Shown piece by piece: positions 19,543 through 29,490 of a stretch of DNA of 64,000 nt. The stretch is from contig CAVZMH010000019.1 in the NCBI GenBank assembly GCA_963776345.1, positions 224,001 through 288,000 on the forward strand, read 5' to 3'. Origin of the DNA: an uncultured delta proteobacterium (GTDB lineage: Bacteria > Myxococcota > Myxococcia > Myxococcales > Myxococcaceae). The notes below the pieces were generated by a model. It ran no database searches. It was not told the DNA's origin and saw only the letters and a program-made list of their open reading frames with translations. Both the position numbers and the translations under genes were made by a program. How positions within the stretch are numbered: the stretch's first letter is position 1; every line of letters starts with the position of its first letter.

Positions 19543-20297
19543 CCCCTCGCGCCCGGCCCCATGTGCCGCGCGTCGTGGGCCGCTCGGCGCTCCTGCTCAC
19601 GGTCCTCGCCGCCGGGAGCGCCCGGGCCTACCGCCCCTTCGACCAGACCGATGCGGACGTGGCCGAGCTGCACGTCATCGAGCTGGAGATCGGTCCCACT
19701 CAGCTCCAGACGGCCGCGGGGCGCACCTCGCTCGTCCCCACGTTCATCTTCAACCTGGGGGTGCTGCCGAGCTGGGAGCTGGTCGTCGAGGGTCTGGGCA
19801 GCGGCATCGTCCTCGGTTCGCGCGAGCCGGCCGACGTTGCCCAGCTCGAGGTGGGCGTGTCGATGAAGGGAGTGCTGCGCCAGGGCAGCCTGCAAGGTTC
19901 GGAGGGCCCGAGCGTGGCGATCGAGCCCGAGCTCCTGCTCCCCGCCACCGCCGGGCCCTCGGGGTTCGGGGTCGCCGCGGGGGTCATCGTCTCGCAGCGC
20001 TGGACGGCGCTCACCGTCCACCTGAACCTCGTCCCGGCCTGGTCCAGGGCCCACCGGTTCGCCGCCCTGGCCGGCGTCATCGTCGAGGGTCCCTCGGCCT
20101 GGGTGGTCCGGCCGGTGGCCGAGACCTACGTCGAGGCCGAGCGCGGCGAGCCCTCGGTCACCGTCTCCGGGCTCGCCGGGCTCATCTGGCGGGTGTCGTC
20201 GCGGGTGGCGGCCGATGCCGCGCTGCGGGTGGCGACTGTGTCCGGAACAGGCGTGCTCGAGGTCCGCCTGGGCTTGACCTGGGACCTTCCCCTCTGA
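19539..20297 (+). CDS. Putative outer-membrane beta-barrel protein
   Basis: Signal peptide, RPFDQTDA N-terminus, amphipathic strands, GLTWDLPL C-terminus. Confidence 0.6.
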   Translation: MTPRARPHVPRVVGRSALLLTVLAAGSARAYRPFDQTDADVAELHVIELEIGPTQLQTAAGRTSLVPTFIFNLGVLPSWELVVEGLGSGIVLGSREPADVAQLEVGVSMKGVLRQGSLQGSEGPSVAIEPELLLPATAGPSGFGVAAGVIVSQRWTALTVHLNLVPAWSRAHRFAALAGVIVEGPSAWVVRPVAETYVEAERGEPSVTVSGLAGLIWRVSSRVAADAALRVATVSGTGVLEVRLGLTWDLPL

Positions 20298-20322
20298 CAG
20301 TGGAGGAGCGCCGACCGTCCGC

Positions 20323-21975
20323 ATGCCCCGAGCCGCGGCCAGAGACTCTGCCGAGCTGAAGCGCGCACGCGACGCGTACGCGCGCCGGGCGTGGGAGGAC
20401 GCGTACCAGCTCTTCTCTGTGCTGGATCGGGCCTCGCCGCTCGGTGCCGAGGAGTTGGGCCTGCTGGCCTGGGCGGCCGGGATGAGCGGGCGTACCGACG
20501 AGCAGCTCTCCGTCCTCGAGCGGTTGCACCACCAGTTCCTGGAGGACGGGGACCCGCTCCGGGCGGCGCGGGCGGGGTTCTGGCTCGGCTACCGGCTGAG
20601 CGCGCTCGGGAAATTCGGCGAGGCCAGCGGCTGGTTCGGCCGGGTGGACCGGCTGCTCGCCCGGGAGAGTCGTCCCTGCGTCGAGGCCGGGTACTTGAAG
20701 CTCCCGGCCGCCCACCGCCACCTCGCTCGCAACGAGTGCGACGAGGCGTTCGTGGCGGGCGCCGAGGCGGCGAGCATCGGCGAGCGCTTCGCCGAGCCGG
20801 ATCTGGTCGCGCTCTCGCGGAGCATCCAGGGACGCGCGCGCCTGCGGCAGGGGCGAATCCGCGAGGGCCTGGCGCTGCTCGACGAGGCGATGGTCACGGT
20901 CGGCACCGAGGGCCTCGCGCCGGTGGTCCCGGCGCTCGTCTACTGCACGCTGATCGACGGATGCCGGCAGGTCTACGCGCTCGACCGCTGCCGCGAGTGG
21001 ACCTCGGCGCTGGCCCGCTGGTGCGACGCGCAGCCGCAGCTGGTGGCCTTCAGCGGCATCTGCCAGGTCCACCGGGCCGAGGTGCTGGAGCTCAACGGCG
21101 AGTGGGACGCCGCGGCGGAGGAGGCGCGCCGGGCGTGCGAGCGCCTCGGGGTTGCGCCCGACCGGGTGACCGCGCCTGCGGCGTACTACCAGTGCGGTGA
21201 GATGCACCGCCTTCGCGGCGAGATGGAGCAGGCGGAGCAGGCGTACCGGGCGGCCCACGAGTTCGGGCGCGCACCGCAGCCGGGCCTGTCGCTGCTCCGG
21301 CTGGCGCAGGGAAAGCCCGATCCGGCGCTGGCGTCGATCCGGAGCACGCTCGCCGCCACCGCCGAGCCGCTCCAGCGGGCGAGGCTGCTGCCGGCGGCGG
21401 TGGAGATCGCCCTCGGCGCGGGTGACATCGAGGGCGCCGCGGAGGCGACGTCGGAGCTGGAGCAGATCGCCTCGAGCTTCGAGTCCGAGGTCCTGGTGGC
21501 CATGGCCGCGCACGCCCGCGGGGCCGTGCTCCTGGCGAGGGGGGACGCCCGCCGGGCGGTCGATTCCCTGCGCTCGGCGCTTGCGGTCTGGCAGCGGGTG
21601 GGGGCCCCGTACCTCGCCGCGCGGGTGCGGGTCGCCATCGGCGTCGCCTCCCGGGCGCTCGGCGACGAGGACGGGGCGGGCCTGGAGCTCGACGCCGCGC
21701 GGAAGGTGTTCGTCGAGCTGGGTGCCCAGCCCGACCTGGCGCGGCTGGGGGCGCTCGGGACCGACACACGGGCGGAGCGCCCGGACGGGCTGACCGCGCG
21801 CGAGCTCCAGGTCCTCGGACTGGTGGCGACGGGAAAGACGAACAAGGTCATCGCCCGCGAGCTGTTCCTCAGCGAGAAGACGGTCGACCGCCACCTGAGC
21901 AACATCTTCCTCAAGCTCGGCGTGTCCTCGAGGGCGGCAGCGACGGCGTACGCCTTCACCCACAAGCTGGTCTGA
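20323..21975 (+). CDS. LuxR-family regulator with TPR-like helical region
   Basis: C-terminal [48 protein letters not shown]. Confidence 0.9.
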   Translation: MPRAAARDSAELKRARDAYARRAWEDAYQLFSVLDRASPLGAEELGLLAWAAGMSGRTDEQLSVLERLHHQFLEDGDPLRAARAGFWLGYRLSALGKFGEASGWFGRVDRLLARESRPCVEAGYLKLPAAHRHLARNECDEAFVAGAEAASIGERFAEPDLVALSRSIQGRARLRQGRIREGLALLDEAMVTVGTEGLAPVVPALVYCTLIDGCRQVYALDRCREWTSALARWCDAQPQLVAFSGICQVHRAEVLELNGEWDAAAEEARRACERLGVAPDRVTAPAAYYQCGEMHRLRGEMEQAEQAYRAAHEFGRAPQPGLSLLRLAQGKPDPALASIRSTLAATAEPLQRARLLPAAVEIALGAGDIEGAAEATSELEQIASSFESEVLVAMAAHARGAVLLARGDARRAVDSLRSALAVWQRVGAPYLAARVRVAIGVASRALGDEDGAGLELDAARKVFVELGAQPDLARLGALGTDTRAERPDGLTARELQVLGLVATGKTNKVIARELFLSEKTVDRHLSNIFLKLGVSSRAAATAYAFTHKLV

Positions 21976-21981
21976 CCGGGC

Positions 21982-21999
21982 ATGGGGGAAATCCCCCAT
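21982..21999. promoter_or_regulatory. Inverted repeat ATGGGGGA-AA-TCCCCCAT, probable LuxR operator
   Basis: Perfect 8-bp arms between the regulator and the monooxygenase gene; degenerate second copy at 22018-22035. Confidence 0.55.
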
Positions 22000-22085
22000 C
22001 GGCCTCGACCCCGAAGAATGCAGGGTTCTCCCGACGCGGCCACCCTTGCCGGGCGCGTACATCGCTCCGTGGGTTCAACCGGAGG

Positions 22086-23306
22086 ATGGTCATGCGGAAC
22101 GAGGAATCGATTGAGCAGGTCTCCCCGCTGGTGGTGGAGGAGGGCCAGGCGCTGGAGGCGCTGGAGCCGCGCGCGAGGCGGCGGGCCGGAGCGGAGGCGG
22201 AGGAGCTGGACGTCGTGGTCATCGGCGCGGGCCAGGCCGGGCTCTCCGTCGGCTACCATCTCGCCTGCCGCGGGGTGCGGAAGTTCCTCATCCTCGACGC
22301 GAACGGCCGGGTGGGCGACGCGTGGCGCCAGCGCTGGGACTCGCTGCGGCTCTTCTCCCCGGCCCGCTACAACGGCCTCGACGGGTTGCCGTTCCCCGCC
22401 CCCCCGCGCTCCTTCCCGACCAAGGACGAGATGGCGGACTACCTCGAGGCGTACGCGCGGCACTTCCGGCTCCCGGTCCGGAACGGGGTCCGGGTGGACG
22501 GGCTCTCTCGCTCGGGAGACCGTTATCTGGTGACCGCGGGCAAGCGGCGCTTCCTGGCGCGCGAGGTGGTGGTGGCGATGGCGGGCTACCAGAGGCCGAA
22601 GGCGCCTTCCTTCGCCGGCGAGCTCGACCCGGGCATCATCCAGATCCACTCCGCCGAGTACAGGCAGCCCGCGCAGCTGCGGCCGGGCAGGGTGCTCATC
22701 GTCGGCGCCGGCAACTCCGGCGCGGAGATCGCGATCGAGCTCCGGCGGGCGGGGCACGAGGTGGTGGTGGCGGGGCGCGACGTGGGAAGTGTCCCGTCCT
22801 GGTTCCAGAACCCCCTGTCACAGGTGCTGTTCCTGCCGCTGCTCTTCCGGGGCATCTTCCACCGGCTGCTCACCGAGTCCACGCCGGCGGGACGGAAGGC
22901 CAAGGCCCAGCAGCACGGGAAGGGAAATCTGCTGATCCGCACGCTCCCCAAGCACCTCGCCGCGGCCGGGGTGGAGCGCACGGGCCGGGTGCGCGGGACG
23001 CAGGACGGGAAGCCGGTGCTCGAGGACGGCACGGTGCTCGACGTCCAGAACGTCATCTGGTGCACCGGGTTCCACCCGGGCTTCTCCTGGGTCGACCTCC
23101 CCGTGCTCGACGATCACGGCGAGCCGCGCCAGCGCCGGGGCGTCGTCGCCGAGGCCCCGGGCCTCTACTTCGTCGGCCTGCACTTCCTGTACGCGATGTC
23201 GTCCTCGATGATCCACGGCGTGGGCCGGGACGCGCGCTACGTGGCCGAGCGGATCGCCGAGCGGCTCGCGGCTGAGCCGCCGGCCCGGATGGCGACCGCG
23301 GCATGA
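22086..23306 (+). CDS. Flavin-containing monooxygenase / FAD-NAD(P) oxidoreductase (CzcO-like)
   Basis: IGAGQAG, WDSLRLFSP, IHSAEYR, VGAGNSG, IWCTGF. Confidence 0.88.
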   Translation: MVMRNEESIEQVSPLVVEEGQALEALEPRARRRAGAEAEELDVVVIGAGQAGLSVGYHLACRGVRKFLILDANGRVGDAWRQRWDSLRLFSPARYNGLDGLPFPAPPRSFPTKDEMADYLEAYARHFRLPVRNGVRVDGLSRSGDRYLVTAGKRRFLAREVVVAMAGYQRPKAPSFAGELDPGIIQIHSAEYRQPAQLRPGRVLIVGAGNSGAEIAIELRRAGHEVVVAGRDVGSVPSWFQNPLSQVLFLPLLFRGIFHRLLTESTPAGRKAKAQQHGKGNLLIRTLPKHLAAAGVERTGRVRGTQDGKPVLEDGTVLDVQNVIWCTGFHPGFSWVDLPVLDDHGEPRQRRGVVAEAPGLYFVGLHFLYAMSSSMIHGVGRDARYVAERIAERLAAEPPARMATAA

Positions 23307-23406
23307 GATCCCCCTGGGCTCACCTGCGACGGGTCCAGCGTCGGGTGCGAGCCGGAGAGCTCCGCGCGGACCTCGTCCTCACGGTGTACCGCGGAGAGAA
23401 GTAACT

Positions 23407-23919
23407 TCAGGACTTCGCGAGCCGGATCTTCTGCTCGCTCTTGTCGCGGCAGAAGGTTTCGAAGAACGTGTCACCCGACTCGTAACTCATCGTCCAGGGC
23501 GGGTACATCGCGCACCGCGGGTCCAGGCAGTGGTGCAGCTCCCAGGTGTGGCCGAGCTGGTGCATCGCGTGGCGGGCGATGAGCTTGAGGCCCGCCTCGG
23601 GGTCCTTCACCGCGGCGCTGGACACCAGCGCGCGCGGTCCGTTCTGGTCGGCGAAGCCCGAGCAGGGGACGTCGCCGGAGAGCAGCGCGCGCGGCTTCAG
23701 CCTCCGCGAGGTCAGGTAGAGGATCTTGTCGTCGGCGTAGGCCCGCGGCGAGGGCAGGGCCCGGAGCAGCTCCCGGGCGTCGAAGGGCTCGCTCTGCCCG
23801 GAGGGCAGCGGCATCTCGTCGGCGTGCTCGCAGCCGACGCCGAACGCCGCGTAGAGCACCTTGCACAGCCGGTCGATCACCTTGGGGTCGTAGGCGTCGA
23901 GGGTCACCAGTCGGATCAC
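23407..23919 (-). CDS. carG: CarG zinc-binding partner of CarD
   Basis: Metzincin-like HQLGHTWELHHCLDPRCAM with Q replacing the catalytic E; directly downstream of carD. Confidence 0.88.
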   Translation of the reverse strand: MIRLVTLDAYDPKVIDRLCKVLYAAFGVGCEHADEMPLPSGQSEPFDARELLRALPSPRAYADDKILYLTSRRLKPRALLSGDVPCSGFADQNGPRALVSSAAVKDPEAGLKLIARHAMHQLGHTWELHHCLDPRCAMYPPWTMSYESGDTFFETFCRDKSEQKIRLAKS

Positions 23920-23941
23920 GGGTGTGGTCTCTCCCGGGGGG

Positions 23942-24826
23942 CTACTTCTTCTTCGCCGCCTTCGCGTGCTTCTTGGCTGCCGGCTTCGCAGCGGGCTTCT
24001 TCGCCGCCTTCACCGGCTTCTTCTCGTGCTGCGGCGCGGGCTTCTTCGCCGCCTTCACGTGCTTCTTGGCCGCCGGCTTCGCGGCGGCGGGCTTCTTCCG
24101 GGCCGGAGCCTTCTTCTCGGCCTTGCCGGCGGCCTTGGCTTTCGGCGCCGGCTCGGCGGCCACCTCCGGCTCCACCTCGGCCCCCTCCGGCTCAGCCTCC
24201 GCCTCGGCGCCGAGGTCGATGTCGCCACCGAGGCCGAGCAGGTCGTCCCCGAGCTCCATTCCCTCCTCCTCGCCGGCGGCGGTGCGGAACTCCTCCGCCG
24301 TCCGCTTCGGCCGCTCACGGCCCGGCGGGAAGAGCACCACGTCGACTGAGTCCTCGGCGTCCACCTCGGCCAGGTCCAGGCTCGCCGCCAGCTCGGCGAC
24401 CAGGAGGTGACGGGCGTTGTCGTACAGCTCCCGCTCCTTGGTCGGCAGCGGGCGCAGCTCGGAGAGCACTTGCAGGCCCTTCACCACCTCGGCCAGGCCC
24501 ATCAGCCCGCCCTGGCTCATGCGCTCCACGTTGGTGCGGGCACGCTGCTTCCAGTCGAGGTTCGCCTTGTCGCTGTCCGAGCGCAGGAAGGAGAACATCC
24601 GGTCCACCTCGGGCCGGTCGGCCACCTTGCGGAGACCGATCGAGCGGACCTTCGCCTCCGGGACCATCACCACCGCGCCGTCCTCCTCGCGCTTCATGGT
24701 GACGAAGGTGAGCGTCTGCCCGGCGACCTCCTTCGACTCCACGCTGGTCACGCGGCACACGCCCTGGTTGGGGTAGACGACGCGGTCCCCGACGGCGAGC
24801 GTCAGAGGCGAAGCTGTCTCGGGCAT
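23942..24826 (-). CDS. carD: CarD global regulator (CarD/TRCF domain, acidic region, H1-like K/A/P tail)
   Basis: VGDRVVYPNQGVC, DWKQRAR, acidic stretch, KKPAAK/KAAKK tail; carG adjacent. Confidence 0.92.
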   Translation of the reverse strand: MPETASPLTLAVGDRVVYPNQGVCRVTSVESKEVAGQTLTFVTMKREEDGAVVMVPEAKVRSIGLRKVADRPEVDRMFSFLRSDSDKANLDWKQRARTNVERMSQGGLMGLAEVVKGLQVLSELRPLPTKERELYDNARHLLVAELAASLDLAEVDAEDSVDVVLFPPGRERPKRTAEEFRTAAGEEEGMELGDDLLGLGGDIDLGAEAEAEPEGAEVEPEVAAEPAPKAKAAGKAEKKAPARKKPAAAKPAAKKHVKAAKKPAPQHEKKPVKAAKKPAAKPAAKKHAKAAKKK

Positions 24827-24841
24827 GTCGAGGGCGAGGGC

Positions 24842-25243
24842 CTACACCATCCCGATGCTGGGCGCGAGCGCGTCGGCGTTGGCGATGCGCTCGGCGACGA
24901 GCTCCAGCAGGGCCCGCGGGTCGAAAGGCTTCCCCAGGCTCCAGCGGGCGTGCTCCTGGAGGAAGCGCTCCGCCTCGCCGTCGAAGACACCCCCGGTGAG
25001 GAAGACCATCCGGGCCGCGACCTCCGGCCGGCTCACGCTCAGACGAGCGTGGAGCTCGATCCCGGTCATCTGCGGCATCATGAGATCGCAGAGCACGGCG
25101 TCGAACCGGCCGGCCTGGAGCATCGCCAGCGCGCTCCGGCCGTCGTGCGCCACGTGGACCTCGTGTGCGCGGGCGAGCAGCCGCCGGGCGGCGCTCGCCA
25201 CCAGAGGCTCGTCGTCGACCACCAGCACCCGTGTCGGCCGCAT
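24842..25243 (-). CDS. Single-domain response regulator
   Basis: VLVVDDE, CDLMMP, FLTG, KPF. Confidence 0.88.
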   Translation of the reverse strand: MRPTRVLVVDDEPLVASAARRLLARAHEVHVAHDGRSALAMLQAGRFDAVLCDLMMPQMTGIELHARLSVSRPEVAARMVFLTGGVFDGEAERFLQEHARWSLGKPFDPRALLELVAERIANADALAPSIGMV

Positions 25244-25319
25244 CGCTCCTGGCCGTTGCGAACCCGGGGCCAGCGAAGAAGTGGCGCGGATGCCACGGCT
25301 TCCCGCTACGGGCCCCCGG

Positions 25320-26729
25320 TCAGCGCCGGGCGGGTGAGTCGCCGCCGACCTGCGGTGAGGCGGGCAGCTCGGCGCGCAGCTGCACCGTCGTCCCCGAGCG
25401 CCCGTTGATCTCCCCGGTCCAGTCGAGGCGACCGGCCATCTTGAGCCGGACCTGGTGCGGCCGATCGGCGTCGAGGTGGGTGATGCGGAGCGGCGTGGTC
25501 CCGGGCACCGGACTCCCGTCCAGCTCCACGGCGGCGCCGGTCGGCTCGGAGCGCAGCTCGAGCTCGAACGTCGGGACCTGCCCCAGCACCGCCGCCACCA
25601 CCGTCCCGAGCACGAGGGCCACCCCGAGGAGGGCCACCAGCTTCCAGGGCCGGGTGCGCCCCGGCGGGGGCGGCTGCACCGCGGCGGTGGTCAATGACGG
25701 CACGGCCTCGGGCGGCTCGTCCGGCCGGGTCCCCTTGCGCCACTCCGGCACCGATTCGAGCAAGGCGCGCGGCAGCTTCACCTCGTGGCCCTCGGCGAGG
25801 AGCTCGGGCTCGAAGAGGAAGGCCATGAAGTCGCTCACCGCCGGCGGCCGCGGGCCGAGCGCGTGCAGCGCGTCCGCCAGCGCGTGCTCCAGGTCCTGGG
25901 CGGAGGCGAAGCGATCCTCCGGGGCGTAGGCCATCGCCCGGAGCAGCGTCGCCTCCAGCGCGGGCGAGATCCGGGGGTTGACGCTCCTCGGCGCGGGGAA
26001 CTCGCCCCGGACGATGCTCCGCATCGCCGGCACCATCTTCCCGAGGTGCGGAAGGCGGCCGCAGAGCATCTGATAGAGCACCACCCCGGTCGCGTAGAGG
26101 TCGGTCCGGAAGTCCACCGGCTCGCCGCGGGCCTGCTCCGGCGAGAAGTAGGGGAACTTCCCCTTCACCCCGGTGGCCTGCATCACCGCGTCGGTGGCGT
26201 TGCGCACCCGGGCGATGCCGAAGTCGACGATCTTCACCTCGCCGGCGTAGCCGAGCAGCACGTTCTGTGGCGAGACGTCGCGGTGGACGATCTGCAGCGA
26301 GCGTCCGCGCTCGTCGACCCTGGAGTGCGCGTAGTGCAGCCCGCGGCACATCCCGATGCCGATCAGCAGGGCGATGGGCTCGGGGAGGAAGGGGAACTGG
26401 AGCGCGTGCGCCCGCCGGAGCACGCGGCTCAGCGGTTGGCCGTGCACGTACTCCATGGCCAGGAAGTACTCGCCGTCGATCTCCCCGAAGTCGAAGACCT
26501 GGGCGATGTTCCCGTGGCTGAGGGACACCGCGATGCGCGCCTCGTTCACGAACATCGCGACGAAGGCCTGGCTGTCGGCGAAGGCGGGGAGGATCTTCTT
26601 GATCACCACCGGCTTGCTCACCCCGGCCATCGCCTGGAAGCGCGCGCGGTAGAGCTCGGCCATCCCGCCCACGGCGAGTCGCTCGAGGAGCTGGTACTTG
26701 CCGAAGTCGACCGAGACCGGAGAGGGCAC
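25320..26729 (-). CDS. Ser/Thr protein kinase with TM helix and C-terminal PEGA domain
   Basis: GGMAELY, IKKI, HRDVSPQN, DFGIAR, YFSPEQ; TM helix; SEPTGAAVELDG..GTTP. Confidence 0.92.
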   Translation of the reverse strand: MPSPVSVDFGKYQLLERLAVGGMAELYRARFQAMAGVSKPVVIKKILPAFADSQAFVAMFVNEARIAVSLSHGNIAQVFDFGEIDGEYFLAMEYVHGQPLSRVLRRAHALQFPFLPEPIALLIGIGMCRGLHYAHSRVDERGRSLQIVHRDVSPQNVLLGYAGEVKIVDFGIARVRNATDAVMQATGVKGKFPYFSPEQARGEPVDFRTDLYATGVVLYQMLCGRLPHLGKMVPAMRSIVRGEFPAPRSVNPRISPALEATLLRAMAYAPEDRFASAQDLEHALADALHALGPRPPAVSDFMAFLFEPELLAEGHEVKLPRALLESVPEWRKGTRPDEPPEAVPSLTTAAVQPPPPGRTRPWKLVALLGVALVLGTVVAAVLGQVPTFELELRSEPTGAAVELDGSPVPGTTPLRITHLDADRPHQVRLKMAGRLDWTGEINGRSGTTVQLRAELPASPQVGGDSPARR

Positions 26730-26794
26730 GCCTGGAGACGAAGGCTAGCATCCGCCCCGCGTTCTCCGGTGAGCGGCGCGCGCGCCGATCGGGC

Positions 26795-27592
26795 ATGCTG
26801 CGCAGCCGTTCCGTGCGACGCGCGATCTCTCTCGTCTTTTCATGGGTGTGCGTCGTCGGCTCCGGGTGCGAGGAGCGCAGTGCGCCCCCGCTGTCCTCGC
26901 TGGCGCCCGCCCCGCTCCAGCCGCTCGGTGCAGCCGCAACGGATGCGGGGACGGATCCCCACCGTCTGGCCCCCGCTGCGGTGTGGGGGGCTCCCCTCCC
27001 CGGCGGTGCGGTGCGGGTGACCTTCCGCAGCGGCCAGGCGCAGGTGGGGGCGACCGTGGCATCGCTCGTTGCCGACGCGGGCGTGGCGCCGCTGCTCGCG
27101 GCGATCGCCAGGGGCCCAGCGCTCCTGGTGCCGGACGACGAGGTCTACATGGCCGAGGCGGCGCCGCTGCTCGCCGCGCTCGACGACGCGCACGTCCCGA
27201 CCTGGCTCCTTCACCCCGGCGGCGCGGTCGCCTTCCGGGTCGAGCTCCGCGACGAGCGCGCCTTCGACGCCTGGCTGGACGCGCCGACGGCCGGCAAGCT
27301 GCGGGTCATCCAGCGGCAGGACGGGCTGGAGCTGGTGAGCGGCATCGGGAAGCTGCCCGGGCCGGACCCCAACGGGCCCACGGTGCCGGTGCGCGGTGGC
27401 CGGCTCGACGTCGCCACCGCGCGCGAGGGGCTGCAGCGGCTCCAGCTCCGGTTCCACGCACCCGACGCCTGCCTGGTCCCGTCCTTCGGGACCGAGCTCC
27501 GCGCCGTGGCCACCGTGCTCTCCGCGTTCTGGGCCGGCCCCAAGCAGCCGCTCTTCGAGCGGGTGTGCCTGGTGTACCCGCGCCCGCGGTGA
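26795..27592 (+). CDS. Hypothetical exported protein / lipoprotein
   Basis: Hydrophobic N-terminus ending in GSGC; GC-biased coding frame. Confidence 0.6.
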   Translation: MLRSRSVRRAISLVFSWVCVVGSGCEERSAPPLSSLAPAPLQPLGAAATDAGTDPHRLAPAAVWGAPLPGGAVRVTFRSGQAQVGATVASLVADAGVAPLLAAIARGPALLVPDDEVYMAEAAPLLAALDDAHVPTWLLHPGGAVAFRVELRDERAFDAWLDAPTAGKLRVIQRQDGLELVSGIGKLPGPDPNGPTVPVRGGRLDVATAREGLQRLQLRFHAPDACLVPSFGTELRAVATVLSAFWAGPKQPLFERVCLVYPRPR

Positions 27593-27672
27593 GGATGGAC
27601 GCCTCGGCGCTGGAAAGACCCGGTCGGTTCGGCTATCCGTTGACTCCAGAATCAGTCTCTCCGAGGTGCTCC

Positions 27673-29475
27673 ATGGCCGCCGTGCTCCAGCCCACCCATC
27701 CCGCCGCCGTTCCCCAGGGAGGCGGCTTCCTCTTCCAGGAGGCCGGCAGGACGCGCATCACCTCGCCCGAGACCTTCACCGAGGAGCAGCGGATGCTCTT
27801 CCGGACGGCGCTGCAGTTCTGTCGCGAGCAAGTGCTGCCGCAGGCCGATGCCATCGAGGCCAAGACGCCGGGCCTCCTGCGCTCCCTGCTGACCAGGGCG
27901 GGCGAGCTGGGCCTCCTGATGGTCGACATCCCCGAGCGGTTCGGCGGGCTGGGCGGCGACAAGACCACCTCGCTCCTGCTGGCCGAGGCCAACTCGCTGA
28001 TGGGGAGCTGGAGCGTCACCTTCGCCGCGCACACCGGCATCGGCACGCTGCCCATCGCCTGGTTCGGCACCGAGGCCCAGAAGGCGCGCTGGCTGCCGAA
28101 GCTGGCCACCGGCGAGCTGGTCGCGGCCTACGCCCTGACCGAGCAGGGGAGCGGGAGCGACGCGCTGGGGGCGAAGACCAGGGCGGTGAAGAGCCCCGAC
28201 GGCAAGTCGTGGATCCTGAACGGGAGCAAGCTCTACATCACCAACGCCGCGTTCGCCGACGTGTTCGTGGTCTTCGCCAAGGTGGACGGCGAGCACTTCA
28301 CCGGCTTCGTGGTGGAGAAGGGGACGCCCGGGCTGACCGTGGGGCCCGAGGAGCACAAGATGGGCATCCGTGGCTCGTCCACCTGTCCGCTGTACTTCGA
28401 GGACGCGCGCATCCCGGCGGAGAACCTGCTCGGGGAGATCGGCAAGGGACACAAGATCGCCTTCAACATCCTCAACCTCGGGCGGCTGAAGCTCGGGGCG
28501 GGCGTGCTCGGCGGGATGAAGATCCAGCTCGGAGGCGCGCTGCGTTTCGCCGAGGAGCGGAAGCAGTTCAAGACCCCGGTGGCCCGGTTCCCGCTGATCC
28601 GCGAGAAGCTGGCCCGGATGGCGGGGTGGATCTACGCCATCGAGTCGATGACCTACCGGACGACGGGGCTCATCGACGCGCTGCTGGCCAGCCAGAAGGC
28701 GGGCGCCGAGGACGACGCGAAGACCATCGCCGCGATCGAGGAGTTCGCGATCGAGTCGTCGATCATGAAGGTGATGGGGAGCGAGGCGCTGGGCAACCTC
28801 GTCGACGACGCGGTGCAGATCCACGGCGGCGCCGGCTTCATCCAGGAGTACCCGGTGGAGCGGGCGTACCGGGACGCGCGCATCAACCGCATCTTCGAGG
28901 GGACCAACGAGATCAACCGGATGCTGGTCACCGGGATGCTGCTCAAGCGAGCGGTGAAGGGGAGCCTCCCGCTGTTCGCCCAGGCCGAGGCGGTGGAGAA
29001 AGCGCTCGCCGAGAAGCAGCTGCCCGCGCCCTCGGGGGGTGACGCGCTGGCCGGCACGGCCCGGGACGCGGAGGCGCTGAAGATGGCGGCCCTCTACGCG
29101 ATGAAGGTCGCCACCGAGCGGTTCGGGACGGAGATCGAGAAGCACCAGGAGGTGATGGCGGCCATCGCCGACGTGGTGATGGACGCCTACGCGGTGGACT
29201 CGATGGTCGCCCGGACGCGCCAGGCGGCGTCGGCGGCGGGGCTCGATCCGGTCCGGGTGGCGATGACCCAGGCCTACGCCGCGGACGCGATCGCCCGGAG
29301 CGGCGAGCGGGCCCGCCGCGCCCTCTGCGCCTCGAGCGAGGGGAGCGCGCTGGAGACGCACCTCGAGCGCATCGCTCCGCTGTTCGCCTTCCGGCCGTTC
29401 GATCCGGCGGCGCTGCGCGAGACGGTGGTCCGCGCCGCGGAGGAGGCCGGCGGCTACCCGCTCGCGCTCGCCTGA
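27673..29475 (+). CDS. Acyl-CoA dehydrogenase (long FadE/VLCAD-like)
   Basis: YALTEQGSGSDA, LNGSKLYITN, KMGIRGSST, QIHGGAG, RIFEGTNEI. Confidence 0.93.
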   Translation: MAAVLQPTHPAAVPQGGGFLFQEAGRTRITSPETFTEEQRMLFRTALQFCREQVLPQADAIEAKTPGLLRSLLTRAGELGLLMVDIPERFGGLGGDKTTSLLLAEANSLMGSWSVTFAAHTGIGTLPIAWFGTEAQKARWLPKLATGELVAAYALTEQGSGSDALGAKTRAVKSPDGKSWILNGSKLYITNAAFADVFVVFAKVDGEHFTGFVVEKGTPGLTVGPEEHKMGIRGSSTCPLYFEDARIPAENLLGEIGKGHKIAFNILNLGRLKLGAGVLGGMKIQLGGALRFAEERKQFKTPVARFPLIREKLARMAGWIYAIESMTYRTTGLIDALLASQKAGAEDDAKTIAAIEEFAIESSIMKVMGSEALGNLVDDAVQIHGGAGFIQEYPVERAYRDARINRIFEGTNEINRMLVTGMLLKRAVKGSLPLFAQAEAVEKALAEKQLPAPSGGDALAGTARDAEALKMAALYAMKVATERFGTEIEKHQEVMAAIADVVMDAYAVDSMVARTRQAASAAGLDPVRVAMTQAYAADAIARSGERARRALCASSEGSALETHLERIAPLFAFRPFDPAALRETVVRAAEEAGGYPLALA

Positions 29476-29490
29476 GCAGGTCGCGTCCGC

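Noticed and set aside
23945..24120. Short repeats ttcttcgccgccttc as a CRISPR or VNTR
   Set aside because: They encode the KAAKK repeats of the CarD tail; spacing is irregular and there are no cas genes.
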